This document shows positions 35,056 through 44,044 of a stretch of 50,233 bases of DNA, in pieces. This stretch comes from Acidimicrobiia bacterium (GTDB lineage: Bacteria > Actinomycetota > Acidimicrobiia > Spongiisociales > UBA5794). Made by a program: the position numbers and the translations under genes. The notes below the pieces were generated by a model. The model was not told where the DNA came from and did no database searches. It saw nothing but the letters and a program-made list of their open reading frames with translations. Location: the NCBI GenBank assembly GCA_036985755.1, contig BTQG01000004.1, forward strand, positions 1 to 50,233. Reading direction: 5' to 3'. Position 1 is the stretch's first letter; each line of letters opens with the position of its first letter.

Positions 35056-35703
35056 ATGGAGCTTCCGATGCCTAAGCGCCCGATCCTGGTGGTGACTCTC
35101 GCCCTGGCCCTGTTGGCCGCTGCGTGCAGTTCTGGTGGCGAGGTCGATGCCCCTGTGGGATCGGTCCAGCAAGCGGACCCGGGAGCACAAGCGGACCCGG
35201 GAGCACAAGCGGGCCCGGAAGCACAAGCGGGCCCGGGAGCACAAGCGGGCCCGGAAGCACAAGCGGGCCCGGAAGCAGGGGGGCTGATGGTCCAGGATGG
35301 TGATCTTGTTGAAGTGCACTACGTCGGCACCCTCGAAGACGGCTCTACGTTCGACTCCTCCCGCGAACGTGGGACGCCGCTGAGCTTCACCGTTGCCGCC
35401 GGTGAGGTGATCGTCGGCTTCGACGCCGCGGTGCGGGGGCTCAGTGTCGGCGAGACCCGCACCTATACCATGTCGCCGGAAGACGCCTACGGCGTGTGGT
35501 CGGACGAAAACGTCTTCGAGCTGCCGTACGGTCCCTCGCAGGCAGACATCGAAGTCGGCGACCCGGTCACGCTCAACAACGGGCGTCCGGCCGTCGTCCT
35601 CGAGGTCAATGAAGATACGGTGGTGCTCGACGCCAACCACGAACTGGCAGGCAAGTCGCTCACGTTCGAGGTCGAGATCGTATCGATCACCAGGCCTGAG
35701 TAG
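35056..35703 (+). CDS. FKBP-type PPIase (SlyD/SlpA-like) with lipoprotein signal peptide
   Basis: Lipobox LAAAC; VHYVGTLEDGSTFDSS, PEDAYG, insert-in-flap region, LDANHELAGKSLTFEVEI. Confidence 0.9.
   Translation: MELPMPKRPILVVTLALALLAAACSSGGEVDAPVGSVQQADPGAQADPGAQAGPEAQAGPGAQAGPEAQAGPEAGGLMVQDGDLVEVHYVGTLEDGSTFDSSRERGTPLSFTVAAGEVIVGFDAAVRGLSVGETRTYTMSPEDAYGVWSDENVFELPYGPSQADIEVGDPVTLNNGRPAVVLEVNEDTVVLDANHELAGKSLTFEVEIVSITRPE
35170..35277 (+). repeat. 6 x 18-bp coding tandem repeat (QA[DG]P[GE]A)
   Basis: CAAGCGG[AG]CCCGG[GA]AGCA repeated six times in the linker after the lipobox. Confidence 0.95.
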
Positions 35704-35754
35704 CCGCTCTTTCCTTTCCCGCGAGGTGGGCACGAGCTCGAGTATCGAGCGCGA

Positions 35755-36957
35755 TCACACCGCAACACTCCGACTTCTTCGATCTTCCGGCACGCGGACG
35801 AGAATGAGGGCGGCGATCGCCGCCACGATCGCACCGAACATGAAGGCGGTGCCCGGCCCAAACACGACCCAGATACCGCCGAACACGAGGCTGGCGGGGA
35901 GGGCACCGACGCCGATCGCGGCGTTGTAGTAGCCAAAGGCCGAACCGCGTAGATCGGCGGGGGCGAGCCCGGCGACCCATGCCCGTTCGACGGGCTCGGT
36001 GAGGCCGAAATAGATGCCGTAGATGAGGAAGAGCGCGATCAACGCGGCCGTTTGTGTGGCGAGGGCCATGCCCAGATAGATGAGGGCGTAGAACGCCCAC
36101 CCGGCGAGTACGAGTCGTTTCCGGCCGACGGAGTCTGAGAGTCTGCCTCCAATGAGGTTGGCCCCCATTTTCACCAGACTGAACAGCGCCCACAACACCG
36201 CGATCCAGACGATGGTCACCCCCTGCTCGGACAACCGGAGCAGCAAGAAGGCGTCTGCGCTGTTGCCAAGCGTGAACACGAAAACGGCTCCGATCAGCCA
36301 CCAATAGTTCGACCCCAGTTCCCTCCACCGTCTGAATACCGGTTCCGATGGCTCATCGACATCCATGGCACGATCGGGCTCGCGAACGAATCGGGCTATG
36401 ACCAGGATCACGGCGATTGCAGGGATGACGGCGAGGAAGAAGACCTGCCGGAGGGTGAGGCCAAGCCACAACAACAGGGCGGCCGTCAGCGGACCGAGTA
36501 CGGCACCGAAGTGGTCAAGGCTCCGATGCAATCCGAAGGCTGCACCCCGGCTTTCGATGGGGGTGACGTCGGCGATCAGGGCGTCCCTTGGTGCGGTCCT
36601 GATCCCTTTCCCTACCCGATCGACGAAGCGGATCCCCACCACGAACACCCAGCTCGTGGCAAAGGCCATCAACGGTCGCACGGCTCCAGCGATACCGTAT
36701 CCGGCGAACACAAAAGGCTTCCGTCTCTTGACCCGGTCGGTCCACCATCCCGAGATGACCTTGACCAATGCCGCGGTGGACTCGGCGATGCCCTCGATAA
36801 CGCCGAGAGCGAGGGCTCCGGCGCCGAGCACTGTGGTGAGGAAGACCGGGATCAGCGGATAGATCATCTCGCTGGAGAGATCCGTCAGCATGCTCACCAG
36901 CCCCAGGGCAACCACGGTGCTGGGCACGCCCTTGCGAAGGCGATTGAACAGGCTCAT
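35755..36957 (-). CDS. MFS transporter
   Basis: DLSSEM, GWWTDRVKRRK, DRVGKGIRTAPRDALI, GRLSDSVGRK. Confidence 0.92.
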   Translation of the reverse strand: MSLFNRLRKGVPSTVVALGLVSMLTDLSSEMIYPLIPVFLTTVLGAGALALGVIEGIAESTAALVKVISGWWTDRVKRRKPFVFAGYGIAGAVRPLMAFATSWVFVVGIRFVDRVGKGIRTAPRDALIADVTPIESRGAAFGLHRSLDHFGAVLGPLTAALLLWLGLTLRQVFFLAVIPAIAVILVIARFVREPDRAMDVDEPSEPVFRRWRELGSNYWWLIGAVFVFTLGNSADAFLLLRLSEQGVTIVWIAVLWALFSLVKMGANLIGGRLSDSVGRKRLVLAGWAFYALIYLGMALATQTAALIALFLIYGIYFGLTEPVERAWVAGLAPADLRGSAFGYYNAAIGVGALPASLVFGGIWVVFGPGTAFMFGAIVAAIAALILVRVPEDRRSRSVAV

Positions 36958-37001
36958 GGACTGAAGTATCAAGTACCGAGTGCCGAGCACCAAATTCCGA
37001 G

Positions 37002-38783
37002 CTACTTGCTACTCGCCTGCCACAACCGTTGGAACTCCTGATTCGTCTTCAGCAGTTGCTCGGCGGGCCCGACGGCGTCGATCCGTCCGCCACGCATCAC
37101 GATGACCTGGTCGGCGCGTTGCAGCGCCGGCTTGCGATGGGATACCACCAGTGCTGTGGCGTCCCGCGTGCCGTGGAACAGACGATCCCACAGCATCTGT
37201 TCGGTATCGACGTCGAGCGCGCTCGACAGGTCGTCGAAGACCAGCAGCTGCGGCTCCCGCGCCAGCATCCGGGCGGCTGCCGATCGCTGTACCTGGCCTC
37301 CAGACAGGCGCACCCCGCGAGGACCGACCATGGTCTCCAGCCCGTCGGGCATCGCATCGAGATCGTCCTCCATCGTCGCCGTGTAGATCGCCCGTTCGAG
37401 GTCGTCATCGTCGGCCGGATGGCCGAGCAGCAGGTTCTGGCGCAGGGAGAGTGAAAACAGTCGCGGCACCTGTGGTGTGTACGCGGTGAGGGGCGGGACC
37501 ATGACGACGGAGGGATCCTCGACCACCCTCCCGTTCCAAGAGATCGTCCCTGTCTCTGCAGGCAGCAAGCCGAGCATGGTGCGCAGCAGGGTGGTCTTTC
37601 CCGAGCCGATGCGGCCGGTGACAACGACGAACGCCCCCCGCGGCACGTCGATGTCGATGGCATCGATCCCCATCCCCGACGACGGGTAGTGGTAGCTGAG
37701 ACCTCGCGCCGAGATGAGCGGAGCACCGTCGAGTGGCGACGGTGTTTCGTTTTGCACCGTCGCCGTTGTTGCCGGCGCCGTCAGATCGTGTCCCGCCACC
37801 AAGTCTTGCCAGGAGGCGCCGCGCATGAGCCCCACCATGCGCTCGGACGACACAGCGGCCTGTTTGAGTCGCGCCAGGTAGAGCCCGATGAAGAACGCAG
37901 CGTCGGTGATCCCCGTCAGTAGGTAGATGAACAGGCTGAACTCCCCGAGGGTCAGTCCTGCGCTGCCATCGGTGGAGATGGACCCTGCAGCCAGGATGAG
38001 GATGAGCCCGGTGCCGATGCTCACCGTATTGCGAAAGACCGCTTCCAACGCAGCCGTGAACGTCCGGTCGCGCACCATCATCTTCCTGCGCACCGCGTTG
38101 AGTTGGTTGAAGTGCTGGACCATCGTCGCCTCGGCGCCCGCGACCTTGACCGATTGAACCGATCCCAGGGTTTCGCCGAGGAAGCCGGTGATGGCCTCGG
38201 TGGAGTCGCGTGCTGCGGTCCGGTATCTGCGGATCGTGGAGCCGGTTCTCGAGCTGATGAGGATGACGACAAGGAGCGGGGCGAACACCACGGCGGTGAT
38301 CACGGGGTCGATGAAATACAACACGACGATCGAAACCGCCGCAGAGACAATGGATCCCGCCACGTCGACGGTGAAGTCCATGGCCTCGACCGTATGTTCC
38401 ACATCGTCCCGGAACCGCGACACGATCTTTCCCGGTGTCTCCTCGACGGGTCGTGCTCCAGGGAGCGAGAAGATCCACCTCAGCATGGCGGCGCGCATGC
38501 CGGCGCCGGCACGGAACAGCAGCTCGGAATGCACGCGCATCCCGCTGAACACCAAGGCGATTCTGCCTACGAGGTACGCCCATAACAGAGCGATCAGCAG
38601 CGAGATGTCCCAGCCGGTGTCGGCGGTCAGCGAGTCGAAGAAGGCCGCCGCAATGAGGCCCGCCACGATCGGCATCACCCACAGCGTTATCCAGATGACG
38701 ATGCTGACCCCGTAGCGGACGGGCTGGTTGCGGATGAGCGCCCACACGATTCTCCCGATTGGGACCCGGGCCGGTGTGGTCAT
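37002..38783 (-). CDS. ABC exporter subunit (TMD+NBD) with degenerate Walker B
   Basis: GRIGSGKTT, LSGGQ, LVFDDLSSALD (catalytic E replaced by D), SHR. Confidence 0.93.
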   Translation of the reverse strand: MTTPARVPIGRIVWALIRNQPVRYGVSIVIWITLWVMPIVAGLIAAAFFDSLTADTGWDISLLIALLWAYLVGRIALVFSGMRVHSELLFRAGAGMRAAMLRWIFSLPGARPVEETPGKIVSRFRDDVEHTVEAMDFTVDVAGSIVSAAVSIVVLYFIDPVITAVVFAPLLVVILISSRTGSTIRRYRTAARDSTEAITGFLGETLGSVQSVKVAGAEATMVQHFNQLNAVRRKMMVRDRTFTAALEAVFRNTVSIGTGLILILAAGSISTDGSAGLTLGEFSLFIYLLTGITDAAFFIGLYLARLKQAAVSSERMVGLMRGASWQDLVAGHDLTAPATTATVQNETPSPLDGAPLISARGLSYHYPSSGMGIDAIDIDVPRGAFVVVTGRIGSGKTTLLRTMLGLLPAETGTISWNGRVVEDPSVVMVPPLTAYTPQVPRLFSLSLRQNLLLGHPADDDDLERAIYTATMEDDLDAMPDGLETMVGPRGVRLSGGQVQRSAAARMLAREPQLLVFDDLSSALDVDTEQMLWDRLFHGTRDATALVVSHRKPALQRADQVIVMRGGRIDAVGPAEQLLKTNQEFQRLWQASSK

Positions 38784-40537
38784 GCCAGCACCTCCTCCAT
38801 CCCGGTCCTGAGCAGTTGGGAGAACCGCGAGCTCGGATCGGCGGCCAGGTCGATGCGCTCGCCGTACTCGACGACCCTGCCACGCTCGAGAATGAGGATG
38901 TCGTCCGCCCTAGTCACGGTCCCCAGCCGGTGGGCAATGATGATTCCGGTGCGATCCTCGAGGAGGTGGTCGACGGCGCGCTCGATCAACGCCTCTGTGG
39001 TTGGATCGAGACGCGACGATGCTTCGTCGAGCACGACGATGCCGGGGTCCTCGAGGAATATGCGGGTGAAGGCGAGGAGCTGGGCCTGCCCCGCAGACAG
39101 CCCGCCGCTGCCCGACTCGAGCACCGTGTCGAGCCCATCGGGCAGCGATGCCAGCCACTCATCCAGCTCGAGCCGGCGTATCGCCTCGACGATCTGCTCA
39201 TCGGGTACCGTGGCGTCGAAGAACGTCAGGTTGTCCCTCACCGATGCGTGGAATAGCTGAACGTCCTGGGTGACCATGCCGACCCGCCGGCGGAAGTCAT
39301 CGACCTGGGCGTCCCATGTCACGATCCCTCCCAGGCTCACCGCCCCGCTCTGTGGCTCGTAGAGCCTGGTGATGAGTCGAGCGATGGTGGACTTGCCGCT
39401 GCCGGTCCGCCCAAGCAGACCAACGATCCGGCCGGGGGCGATCTCGAAGCTGACGTCGTGGAGAACGATCTCTTGCGAGTCGCTGTTGCCGTCTGCGTAG
39501 GCGAAATCGACTCGATCGAACTCCACGCTGAGCGGTCCGTCGGGCACGGGGGTGTCGCCTTCAGGCTTGAGCTGGCTCGTGGTCGCCAATAGTTCGGAAA
39601 CGCGGTCGATGGCAGCGCTCGCCTTCTGCAGGTCCTCCAGCTCGGTGCGGATCTGGTCTATTGGGTCGCGCGTCATATCGGTGTAGTGGAAGACGAGGTA
39701 GACCGAGCCGATCGTCAGGGTTCCGATACCGAATAGCCACGCCCCCAGGGCGAAGACCAGCGTCAGGGACAGCCCGTAGAGCACGATGTTGGTGCTCCAC
39801 ATGATTCCCCAGCCCATCCAGGCGCGCACGGTTTGCGGCAACCACTTGCGGTGCAGGTCATCGAATCGCCCCCTCATATAGGGACCCGCCCCGTTTGCCG
39901 TGATGTCCTCTGTGCCCTCGACCACCTCTCCAACGAAGCCATAGGTCTCGGCCGAGGTCGCTCGGACCGCCTTCCACCATGGCACGGCGACCTGATGGAG
40001 GCCGGTCATCGCTGCCATGGCCAGCAGGGTGAACAGGGTGACACCGACTCCGACGATCCAGCTCTCGCGAGTCAGCATCACCAGGATCCCGATGATGAGG
40101 GCGCCGTTGGCGACGACCTTGATCATCATCGAAGAGAAGAAGTTGGACAGCGAGGTGACGTCACCGTCGATTCGCTCTATCAGCTCACCGGGTGATTTCC
40201 CCTTGTGGAACCCCATATCGAGACGAATGGTGTGCTCGGTGATGGCGGAGCGCAGCAGGTTGGTTGCGGTCCACCCGATGTCTTCTGCCAGAAAGGTCGA
40301 CCAGATCGCCAGCCCCTGTTGCACGATCGCGATCAGGATGAAGGAAACGGCGATGGGGATCAGCTGCGACGTGTCCGAGCCCTCGATGGCGGCGTCGATG
40401 AATTGCTTGATGAGCTGAGGGTTTACCAACTGCAGGCCGATCATGCCGGTCAGGACGACCGCAAGCAGGAACACCCTGGCGCGTTGGGGCCGCAGGTAGT
40501 CGGTCAGCAGTCTGAAATAGGAGCTTACGGGGATCAT
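38780..40537 (-). CDS. ABC exporter subunit (TMD+NBD) with degenerate signature motif
   Basis: GRTGSGKST, LSAGQ, VLDEASSRLD, AHR; ATGA overlap with the partner gene. Confidence 0.93.
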   Translation of the reverse strand: MIPVSSYFRLLTDYLRPQRARVFLLAVVLTGMIGLQLVNPQLIKQFIDAAIEGSDTSQLIPIAVSFILIAIVQQGLAIWSTFLAEDIGWTATNLLRSAITEHTIRLDMGFHKGKSPGELIERIDGDVTSLSNFFSSMMIKVVANGALIIGILVMLTRESWIVGVGVTLFTLLAMAAMTGLHQVAVPWWKAVRATSAETYGFVGEVVEGTEDITANGAGPYMRGRFDDLHRKWLPQTVRAWMGWGIMWSTNIVLYGLSLTLVFALGAWLFGIGTLTIGSVYLVFHYTDMTRDPIDQIRTELEDLQKASAAIDRVSELLATTSQLKPEGDTPVPDGPLSVEFDRVDFAYADGNSDSQEIVLHDVSFEIAPGRIVGLLGRTGSGKSTIARLITRLYEPQSGAVSLGGIVTWDAQVDDFRRRVGMVTQDVQLFHASVRDNLTFFDATVPDEQIVEAIRRLELDEWLASLPDGLDTVLESGSGGLSAGQAQLLAFTRIFLEDPGIVVLDEASSRLDPTTEALIERAVDHLLEDRTGIIIAHRLGTVTRADDILILERGRVVEYGERIDLAADPSSRFSQLLRTGMEEVLA

Positions 40538-40578
40538 TTCTCGGTCCTGATAGGTCGAAGGGCGGGTGTCGCGGCCAT

Positions 40579-40606
40579 GAAAGAAGCCGCCAGGATGGCG
40601 GCTTTC
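40579..40606 (-). terminator. Attenuator terminator in the ABC operon 5' leader
   Basis: Minus strand AAGCCGCCA-tcc-TGGCGGCTT followed by CTTTC, about 40 nt upstream of the ABC start. Confidence 0.7.
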
Positions 40607-40627
40607 TCGCTTGGACGCTGTTCCGGG

Positions 40628-40693
40628 TCAGGACCGGAAACGGGCGCGGGCGAGGGCCGCCGGGTATGTGCTGGGCGTTGCAGTCATCAACAC
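40628..40693 (-). CDS. Putative leader peptide MLMTATPSTYPAALARARFRS
   Basis: GAGGAGG SD 9 nt upstream of GTG (in-frame TTG and ATG follow); TGA sits in a hairpin loop; overlaps the antiterminator arm. Confidence 0.65.
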   Translation of the reverse strand: MLMTATPSTYPAALARARFRS

Positions 40694-40746
40694 TGCGCTG
40701 TGCCTCCTCGCTCCGGATGCGGCCCCAAGGCCGCTTTGCCGGAGGT

Positions 40747-40775
40747 ACTCTCGCGGATTACCCGGGAAGTGTCAA
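40747..40775 (-). promoter_or_regulatory. Sigma70-type promoter TTGACA-N17-GAGAGT
   Basis: Perfect -35 at 40775-40770, 17-nt spacer, -10 with conserved A2 and T6 at 40752-40747. Confidence 0.6.
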
Positions 40776-40808
40776 GGAGTTCCCATACGAACGGGCGAGT
40801 GAGCGATT

Positions 40809-41046
40809 CTTCGTCTCTCCCGCGCAGCGGGGGAGACGCGGAGGAGCGCCAGCGACGACGCAGAGGGGGCTTTGGGAGCTCGCCGGACCCTGAGTGAGCT
40901 CATTGCGACCACAAAACTCCCAGAGGCCCCTCCGCTGCGCTCCGGCCTTCGGCCGGTTGCTCGCGCCTCCCCCACTTCGTGGGAGAGGCCAAGAGAGTTG
41001 GCTCCCAGAGGCCCCTCTGCCGCGTTCCGGCCTTTCGCCGGTTGCA
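40809..41046. repeat. Composite REP/REPIN-like element, locus 3
   Basis: Inverted type A unit, GAGCTCGCCGG..TGAGCTCATT spacer, type B unit and a partial extra B unit. Confidence 0.75.
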
Positions 41047-41064
41047 GGACCGAGGACCGAGGAC

Positions 41065-41904
41065 TCACAACACCCTCACTACCAGAAGGGCTGCCAGCAG
41101 GGCGAACGAGTTCGTCGCAATATGCACCAATATCGGGGCAACGGTGCTGTTTGCCCGCAGGCGCAACCACAAGAAGCCGACTCCGACGATGGCGGTTCCG
41201 GCGACGGCGACGACGGCGGCGATGGCGGCCCCGATGAGACCGTTGAAGGCATCGCCGGCGGGGTTGGTGTCCAGGGTGTCGATCGTCGGGAGAATGTGCC
41301 AAAGGCCGAACAGGGCGGACGAGGCCAGCGCCGCCCACAGAGGAGCCCATTTGCGGGCGAACATGCCGAAGAGCACTCCGCGAAAAAGCATCTCCTCGTA
41401 GAAGGCGGTGGCGATCGGGATGCGAAGGAGTGCGTTGAACAGCACCAGCGCTGTCGACGAATCGACCACGCGATCGTCGTAGAAGAATTCCCGGGTGGCC
41501 GGGATGGTCACACCGATGGCGATCCCGGCCGCAATCACGGCCATGACGATCCCTCCGACGAAGAATCCCCTGCCGAGGCGCTTGCGCCACAGTCCCATGT
41601 CGACCCAGGTGACCCCGGCGTGCCTGGCGATGGCGACCGCCACTCCGAGGATGGCCAGGTTGAACGGGATGTTCCACAACGAGTCGAGGACCCGGTTGGC
41701 GACCACGTTGGCGTAACCGGTGAGGGCAACGATGCCGACGATGTGCCAGGGGTGGATGACCTGAGGGTTCGGCGGGCGACACAGCCACATCGACGGGTGC
41801 CACATCCGGTCCCATTGAGCCAGGGTCCACGAGTTTCTGGGATCCTTCGGTACCACGGGTGAGGGCTGGCCTGCGGGCACACTTGGAGGGGATTCGTCCG
41901 TCAT
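41065..41904 (-). CDS. CPBP family intramembrane glutamic endopeptidase
   Basis: EEMLFRG, FGLWH and HIATN motifs; multiple TMs. Confidence 0.92.
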   Translation of the reverse strand: MTDESPPSVPAGQPSPVVPKDPRNSWTLAQWDRMWHPSMWLCRPPNPQVIHPWHIVGIVALTGYANVVANRVLDSLWNIPFNLAILGVAVAIARHAGVTWVDMGLWRKRLGRGFFVGGIVMAVIAAGIAIGVTIPATREFFYDDRVVDSSTALVLFNALLRIPIATAFYEEMLFRGVLFGMFARKWAPLWAALASSALFGLWHILPTIDTLDTNPAGDAFNGLIGAAIAAVVAVAGTAIVGVGFLWLRLRANSTVAPILVHIATNSFALLAALLVVRVL

Positions 41905-41958
41905 CCCTGCGGCACCCTACCGGTGATGGCGCAACCGCTGGTTGTTACCCTCTACTGC

Positions 41959-42525
41959 ATGGCATTGCTGGAGGCGTTCAAGCAGAAGGTGCTCGAACTG
42001 GGTCGAACCGAAGCCAAGGCGAAAGTGAAGCCGCTGCTCGTCGAGGACGAAACGATCGACCGCTCCGCCGCCGGATTGGACCGGAGGGACCGGGAGGGAT
42101 TCGTTCTGTTCTGGCTGCTCTCGGAGCAGGCGCTGTTTCTCGTCGCCGGCGGTTCCCAGACGGACTGGGCGTTCCGCATCCCATTCGAGGCGGTGCGCGA
42201 GGTTTCCATCGACTTCGATGAGAGCGCCACCGTCTTGCCGTGGTACGTCCGGTTGTCGCTGCGCGACGCCGCCTCAGGGGTGGTGACCACGCTGGAGGAG
42301 GAACCGGACCCTGCGAACCCGCTGGCGTCTCCCCCGCCCAGCCCGCTCCACGCCGACGAGTTGGTCCGGCTCGCTCGCGGTGAGCTGATTCCGTTGAGCG
42401 GCTTCGGATCCCTGCCCTGGAAGTTCCGTGTTTCGCTCACCGATCGCCTCGAAGCAGCGGGAGCGGTGATCACGGTCAGCGGGGCCGAGGCTGCCGATGC
42501 CAAACGCGCCCGGAGGAAGAAGTAG
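41959..42525 (+). CDS. Hypothetical protein
   Basis: Fills the gap with globular composition; TACCCT 7 nt upstream of ATG. Confidence 0.65.
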   Translation: MALLEAFKQKVLELGRTEAKAKVKPLLVEDETIDRSAAGLDRRDREGFVLFWLLSEQALFLVAGGSQTDWAFRIPFEAVREVSIDFDESATVLPWYVRLSLRDAASGVVTTLEEEPDPANPLASPPPSPLHADELVRLARGELIPLSGFGSLPWKFRVSLTDRLEAAGAVITVSGAEAADAKRARRKK

Positions 42526-42550
42526 GGCCAGGTACCGAGTACCAAGTACG

Positions 42551-43930
42551 TCAGACTGGTTCGAACCTGGCGGTGAAGTGACGCAGCCATGGCGCCTGTT
42601 CGACGATGCGATACCCGCCGATCGACTCCGCCCGGGAAGCAACGTCGATGACAACCTCCGCTACGTAGTCGATGTGGCTCTGGGTGTAGGTGCGCCGCGG
42701 GATCGCCAGCCGGACCAGCTCCATGGCGGCGGGTGTGTCCGGCCCACCGTCCTCGGCGCGCCGGCCGAACATCACAGAACCGATCTCGATCCCGCGAACT
42801 CCTCCGTCGCGATAGAGCGCTACGGCGAGGGCCTGCGCCGGGTACTCGTGCGGTGGCACATGCGCCAGCAGTGCCTTGGCGTCCAGGTACACCGCGTGCC
42901 CCCCGGCCGGCTGAACGATCGGCACACCGGCATCGGCGACCTTTTCGGCGAGGTACTCGGTGGATCGGATGCGGTAGCGCAGGTAGTCCTCGTCGAGGAC
43001 TTCCTTGAGACCCTGGGCCAATGCCTCCAGGTCGTATCCGGCGAGCCCACCGTAGGTCGGGAAACCCTCGGTCAGGATGAGCAGATTCCGAGCCCGCATG
43101 GCGACGTCGGGGTCGTTCATCGCCAGAAAGCCGCCGATGTTGACCAGGCCGTCCTTCTTGGCCGAGACCGTGCAGCCGTCGGCGATCGAGAACATCTCCT
43201 GTGCGATCTCCTTGGGGGACCGATCGGCGTAACCGTCCTCGCGGGTCTTGATGAACCAGGCGTTCTCGGCGAACCGGCAAGCGTCGAGGTAGAGCGGGAT
43301 GCCGAATTCGTCACACACCTCCCTGACCGCACGCAAATTCGCCATCGACACCGGCTGTCCACCTCCGGAGTTGTTGGTGACGGTCATCATCACCAGCGGG
43401 ACCCGCTCAGTACCCACCGATTCGATCGTTCGGCGAAGGGCGGCGACGTCCATATTTCCCTTGAACGGGAGGATGGCGGAGGGGTCGAGACCCTCGGGGG
43501 TGACGAGATCGCGGGCCTCGGCGCCCTGGTACTCGACATTCGCCCTCGTCGTGTCGAAGTGGGTGTTGTTGGGTACGACGTCACCCTCTTCGACGAGCAC
43601 CGAGAACAGGATCTTCTCGGCGGCGCGACCCTGATGGGTGGGGATGATTTCGGCGAACCCCGTCAGGTCCATGACCGCACTCTGGAATCGGAAGAACGAC
43701 CGGCTCCCCGCGTACGACTCGTCTCCCTGCATCATGCCCGCCCACTGCTGCGATGACATGGCGCCGGTGCCCGAATCGGTCAGCAGATCGATGATCACCT
43801 CTTCGGCTCGCAAACCGAACAGGTTGTAACCGGCGCGCTGCAGCGCCGCCTCCCGCTCGGCGACCGTTGACAGATCGATGGCCTGGACCGTGTGGATGCG
43901 GAACGGCTCGATGATGGTCTCGTAGGGCAT
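42551..43930 (-). CDS. tnaA: Tryptophanase (beta-eliminating lyase)
   Basis: IDLLTDSGT, HQGRAAE, PLP-lysine SAKKDG; FDTT, EIGS and LRHFTA are tryptophanase-type rather than tyrosine phenol-lyase-type (FTTT, ERG, LRFFTA). Confidence 0.85.
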   Translation of the reverse strand: MPYETIIEPFRIHTVQAIDLSTVAEREAALQRAGYNLFGLRAEEVIIDLLTDSGTGAMSSQQWAGMMQGDESYAGSRSFFRFQSAVMDLTGFAEIIPTHQGRAAEKILFSVLVEEGDVVPNNTHFDTTRANVEYQGAEARDLVTPEGLDPSAILPFKGNMDVAALRRTIESVGTERVPLVMMTVTNNSGGGQPVSMANLRAVREVCDEFGIPLYLDACRFAENAWFIKTREDGYADRSPKEIAQEMFSIADGCTVSAKKDGLVNIGGFLAMNDPDVAMRARNLLILTEGFPTYGGLAGYDLEALAQGLKEVLDEDYLRYRIRSTEYLAEKVADAGVPIVQPAGGHAVYLDAKALLAHVPPHEYPAQALAVALYRDGGVRGIEIGSVMFGRRAEDGGPDTPAAMELVRLAIPRRTYTQSHIDYVAEVVIDVASRAESIGGYRIVEQAPWLRHFTARFEPV

Positions 43931-44044
43931 TGAGCCTCCTCGGGGCGTATGAGACGATTGTCGCAGCTACGCCGCCCTTGGTATTGGGTAACGAGGGCTC
44001 CTCAACATGGGGCGCGATCACGTCTCTATCGTTATTAGCGCGTC

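Noticed and set aside
34661-35277. Tandem repeats as a possible CRISPR array
   Set aside because: Units are contiguous with no unique spacers, the 18-bp repeat is in-frame coding, and there are no cas genes. The same applies to 27934-28113 and 50113-50181.
41065-41904. Abortive infection or bacteriocin immunity system from the CPBP (Abi) protein
   Set aside because: The Abi label for this family is historical, and no bacteriocin precursor or defence genes are adjacent.
43931-44044. tnaC-like leader peptide upstream of tryptophanase
   Set aside because: The only short ORF seen (MLRSPRYPIPRAA) has no Trp and no WxxxDxxxxxxxP pattern.
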